DNA from: Candidatus Sericytochromatia bacterium
GTDB lineage: Bacteria; Cyanobacteriota; Sericytochromatia; S15B-MN24; VGJW01
Length of the DNA stretch: 60,506 nucleotides
NCBI GenBank assembly: GCA_035285865.1
Contig: JAYKHS010000018.1
Span: forward strand, 1 to 60,506
Direction of reading: 5' to 3'
Part shown: piece after piece, positions 57,047-60,506 of the stretch
Layout: each line of letters opens with the position of its first letter
Position numbering within the stretch: position 1 is the first letter of the stretch
Notes under the pieces: model-generated
Seen by the model: the letters and a program-made list of their open reading frames with translations, nothing else
Databases searched by the model: none
Told to the model about the DNA's origin: nothing
Made by a program: the position numbers and the translations under genes

Positions 57047-57056
57047 GCGTTTCCCC

Positions 57057-58580
57057 CTAGGCCTTGGCCGCCAGGAAGGCGGTGGACTTGAAGAGGTTGA
57101 CAGCCTCGGTGACGGCCTTCATGTCGGCCTCCTCGAAGGTGCCCCGGCTGGTGATGCCGTCGACCAGTTCGGCCTTCTGCGCCTTGAGCCAGGTCAGCAG
57201 CTCGGACTTGAAGCGGGACACCGCCGAAACTTCGACCTCATCCAGCAAGCCGTTGGTCGCGGCGTAGATCAGGATGACCTGCTGACCGACGGACAGGGGC
57301 GCGTACTGAGGCTGCTTGAGCAGCTCGGTCAGGCGCTGACCGCGAGAGAGCTGGGCTTGGGTGCTCTTGTCGAGGTCCGAAGCGAACTGGGCGAAAGCCG
57401 CCAGCTCACGGTACTGGGCGAGCTCGAGACGAAGCTTGCCGGCGACCTTCTTCATGGCCTTGGTCTGCGCCGCACCACCGACGCGGGACACCGAGATACC
57501 GGCATTGATGGCAGGGCGGATACCGGCGTTGAACAGATCCGTCTCGAGGAAGATCTGGCCGTCGGTGATGGAGATGACGTTGGTCGGAATGTATGCCGAG
57601 ACGTCGCCCGCCTGAGTTTCGATGATCGGCAGGGCCGTCAGCGAACCGGCACCATTGGCATCGGACAGCTTGGCCGCGCGCTCGAGAAGGCGGCTGTGGA
57701 GATAGAAGACGTCGCCGGGATAGGCCTCACGGCCGGGCGGACGGCGAAGCAGCAGGGACATCTCGCGATAGGCCCACGCCTGCTTCGTGAGATCGTCGTA
57801 CACGCACAGGACGTGCTGGCCCTTGTTCATGAAGTACTCGCCGATGGCCGTACCCGTCAGGGGGGCAAGGTACTGCATCGGCGCGACTTCATCGGCCTGA
57901 GCGACGACGACGACGGTATATTCCATCGCGCCGGCATCCTCGAAGGCCTTGATGACGCGGGCGACGGTCGAGGTCTTCTGGCCCACGGCCACGTAGACGC
58001 AGACCATGTCCTTGCCCTTCTGGTTGATGATCGTGTCAATCGCGATGGCCGTCTTGCCGGTCTGACGATCGCCGATGATCAGCTCGCGCTGGCCACGGCC
58101 GACGGGAATCATGCCGTCGACGGACATGATGCCGGTCTGGACGGGCTCATGGACCGACTTGCGGGACACGATGCCGGGAGCCTTGCGCTCGATGGGCAGG
58201 GTGCCGACGGTCTCGATGGGGCCCTTGCCGTCGATCGGCTGACCCAGGGCGTTGACGACACGACCGAGCATGCCGGGGCCGACGCCGACGGATGCGATAC
58301 GGCCGGTGGTTTCGACCTTGTCGCCTTCCTTGACGGTCTTGGTGTCACCCAGGATGACCGCACCGACGTGGTCCTCGACCAAGTCGAAGACCAGACCCTC
58401 GACGCCCGAAGAGAAGGTCAGCAGCTCGCCGGCCATGGCCTTCTGCAAGCCGTGGATGCGGGCGATGCCATCACCGACCTCGAGGACCGTACCCGTGGTC
58501 TTGGCCTCGAGGGCGGTCGAATACTTCTCGATCTGCTCCTGGATGACCGACGCGATCTCGTCGGGGCGAATGCTCAACAT
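57057..58580 (-). CDS. atpA: ATP synthase F1 alpha subunit
   Basis: [31 protein letters not shown]. Confidence 0.99.
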   Translation of the reverse strand: MLSIRPDEIASVIQEQIEKYSTALEAKTTGTVLEVGDGIARIHGLQKAMAGELLTFSSGVEGLVFDLVEDHVGAVILGDTKTVKEGDKVETTGRIASVGVGPGMLGRVVNALGQPIDGKGPIETVGTLPIERKAPGIVSRKSVHEPVQTGIMSVDGMIPVGRGQRELIIGDRQTGKTAIAIDTIINQKGKDMVCVYVAVGQKTSTVARVIKAFEDAGAMEYTVVVVAQADEVAPMQYLAPLTGTAIGEYFMNKGQHVLCVYDDLTKQAWAYREMSLLLRRPPGREAYPGDVFYLHSRLLERAAKLSDANGAGSLTALPIIETQAGDVSAYIPTNVISITDGQIFLETDLFNAGIRPAINAGISVSRVGGAAQTKAMKKVAGKLRLELAQYRELAAFAQFASDLDKSTQAQLSRGQRLTELLKQPQYAPLSVGQQVILIYAATNGLLDEVEVSAVSRFKSELLTWLKAQKAELVDGITSRGTFEEADMKAVTEAVNLFKSTAFLAAKA

Positions 58581-58625
58581 ATGCGGAACGTCTCCTCTGG
58601 GTGGGGGAAGGCTGTCAGGAAAGGG

Positions 58626-59162
58626 TCAGGGGCGAAGCAGCTGCTGCTTCAGGGAGTCCAGGCGGGCACGCAGGCTGCCGTCCAGCACCTCGTCATCCAC
58701 GCGAAGGCGCGCACCGGCAACCAGTTCGGCGTCGACGACGATGTCCAGTTCGACCTGCTTCTGCCACGAAGCCTCGAGCCGCGCGCGAAGGCGGGCCACC
58801 GCCTCCTCGCCGGGATGGCGAGCGACGCGCAGGTGCGCGGTCGTGCGGCGTGCGCTCTGCGCCACCAACTGATGGAAGCGGGCCTGGATGGCCTCGAGCA
58901 GGATCCCGCGGCCACGGTCCTGCAGCAGTTGCAGGAAGTTGAGGGTGATGCCGTCCACCTTGCCGGTGAAGAGGCGACGCACCATCTGGGTCTTGTCGGC
59001 CTTGGCCACGAGCGGATGCTCGAGCAGCAGGCGCAGGTCCTGGCTCTCGGCCACGGTCTGCGTCGCCAGACCGAGGTCCTTGTCGACGGCCTCGAGCAGG
59101 CCCCGATCCTTCGCGAGGCGGAAGAGCGCCTCGGCATACCGGTTGGCGATGACCTGACTCAT
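58626..59162 (-). CDS. atpH: ATP synthase F1 delta subunit
   Basis: ANRYAEALF, LDGSLRARL; operon position. Confidence 0.93.
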   Translation of the reverse strand: MSQVIANRYAEALFRLAKDRGLLEAVDKDLGLATQTVAESQDLRLLLEHPLVAKADKTQMVRRLFTGKVDGITLNFLQLLQDRGRGILLEAIQARFHQLVAQSARRTTAHLRVARHPGEEAVARLRARLEASWQKQVELDIVVDAELVAGARLRVDDEVLDGSLRARLDSLKQQLLRP

Positions 59163-59695
59163 GGCGTCACCTCAGCGACCTTGACGGTGAAGTCGTCGAA
59201 CAGGGCGGCGTGGTCGTCGGGGCCGAGTCGCTTGGCGAGCTGGGCCTCGGCCCGGACGAAGGCGGCCTCGAGCAGACGGCGGCGAACCTCTTCCGAGAAG
59301 GCCCGACGAATCCGATCCGACTCGGCTGCGGCCGAAGCCTTGATCCGCGAGGCCTCGGCCTCGCTCTCGGCCCGAATGCCGGACACGAGGCTGGCAGCCA
59401 TCGCACGGGCACCCGCGCCAATCTGATCCAGCTGGGCCTTGCCCGCATCAGCCTCGCCCTTCTGACGACCCAGGATGCCCTGGGCCTCTGCCAAGCCGCG
59501 CTCCAGCTGCTCCACCTCGTCCGCGACACGCAGACGGCGGGACTCGAGGGCAGCCTTGATGGGGGCTCCACCGAAGCGGACCAGCAGGACCACGAGCAAG
59601 ACGAAATTGATCAGGGACCAGAGGTCCCCATTGCTCCACACGGACACGCCCGAGGCGTGCTCCGAGAGCATCGGCAGGACGCTGAGCAAAGTCAC
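59159..59695 (-). CDS. atpF: ATP synthase Fo subunit b
   Basis: N-terminal TM LINFVLLVVLL...LESRR followed by a coiled coil. Confidence 0.9.
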   Translation of the reverse strand: MTLLSVLPMLSEHASGVSVWSNGDLWSLINFVLLVVLLVRFGGAPIKAALESRRLRVADEVEQLERGLAEAQGILGRQKGEADAGKAQLDQIGAGARAMAASLVSGIRAESEAEASRIKASAAAESDRIRRAFSEEVRRRLLEAAFVRAEAQLAKRLGPDDHAALFDDFTVKVAEVTP

Positions 59696-60138
59696 GCGCT
59701 GGCTCCCTCCCGGGCACGATCCGTGGTGAGGACCTGGCCCACGATGCGTTCGGCGATCCGATCGACCTCGCCCTCGAGCGAGCCCAGTGCACGATCGCGC
59801 TCCTCGGTCAAAGCCTTACGGGCCTGATCGAGCGAGGCAGCGGCCTCCTGGGTTGCGGCAGCCACGACACCAGCCTTCTCGGCACGGGCCTCGGCTACGG
59901 CCTTGTCGACAACGGCCTGGGCTTCGCGCTGCGCGTCGACGAGACGCTGCTGCTGCTCGGCCACCAGACCTCGGGTCTCCTGATTGAGACGGTCGATTTC
60001 CGTCCGCCGCTCCTGCAGGAAGCGCTCACGCTGCTCCAGATGGCGCAACACCGGCCGGAAGAACAACCGGTCCAGCAGCCCCGCAAACACCAGGAAGCTG
60101 ACCATCTGGACGATCAGCGTCAGGTTCAGGTCGAGCAT
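59692..60138 (-). CDS. ATP synthase Fo subunit b'
   Basis: MLDLNLTL..Q...F......L..LFFRPV...LEQRE; second b-type gene in the operon. Confidence 0.9.
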   Translation of the reverse strand: MLDLNLTLIVQMVSFLVFAGLLDRLFFRPVLRHLEQRERFLQERRTEIDRLNQETRGLVAEQQQRLVDAQREAQAVVDKAVAEARAEKAGVVAAATQEAAASLDQARKALTEERDRALGSLEGEVDRIAERIVGQVLTTDRAREGASA

Positions 60139-60177
60139 GGATGAGTGCCTCCGCAGGAAACGACAGACAAGGGACGC

Positions 60178-60506
<329 letters not shown>

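Overview
This is a GC-rich bacterial chromosomal window with no rRNA, tRNA, CRISPR array, prophage or transposase that I can recognise. Several markers suggest a non-photosynthetic relative of Cyanobacteria, such as Sericytochromatia (inference). These markers are a cyanobacterial/plastid-type ATP synthase c subunit with separate b and b' subunits, an SLH-domain porin, a short DprA/Smf-like protein, RpaA-like regulators and (G)LIANGSA repeats. Main contents: (1) a nine-gene bacterial microcompartment (BMC) operon of the sugar-phosphate-utilisation type (RpiB, an extended DeoC, acylating aldehyde dehydrogenase, a divergent PduS-like protein, BMC-H, two BMC-T, three BMC-P); (2) an MNT-HEPN toxin-antitoxin pair that appears to be decaying, and a second nucleotidyltransferase module; (3) housekeeping genes (proS, hemE-hemN, pcrA, hppA, and the atp operon, cut by the window end); (4) a nitroreductase/type III PKS/ICMT cluster lying between two GH57 genes; (5) a trio of type IV minor pilins, an LCP protein, a rhomboid protease, an S9 peptidase and several lipoproteins. 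The least explained signal is three dispersed genes (30668+, 34272-, 52557-) that share a gap-free 68-aa glycine-zipper membrane domain. All three also share the upstream element AGGTTTACC-N20/21-GACAACCC. One carries an amidase-LysM module, and one lies next to a divergent pair of atypical OmpR-family regulators. Together these are a candidate undescribed co-regulated membrane or cell-wall-targeting system.
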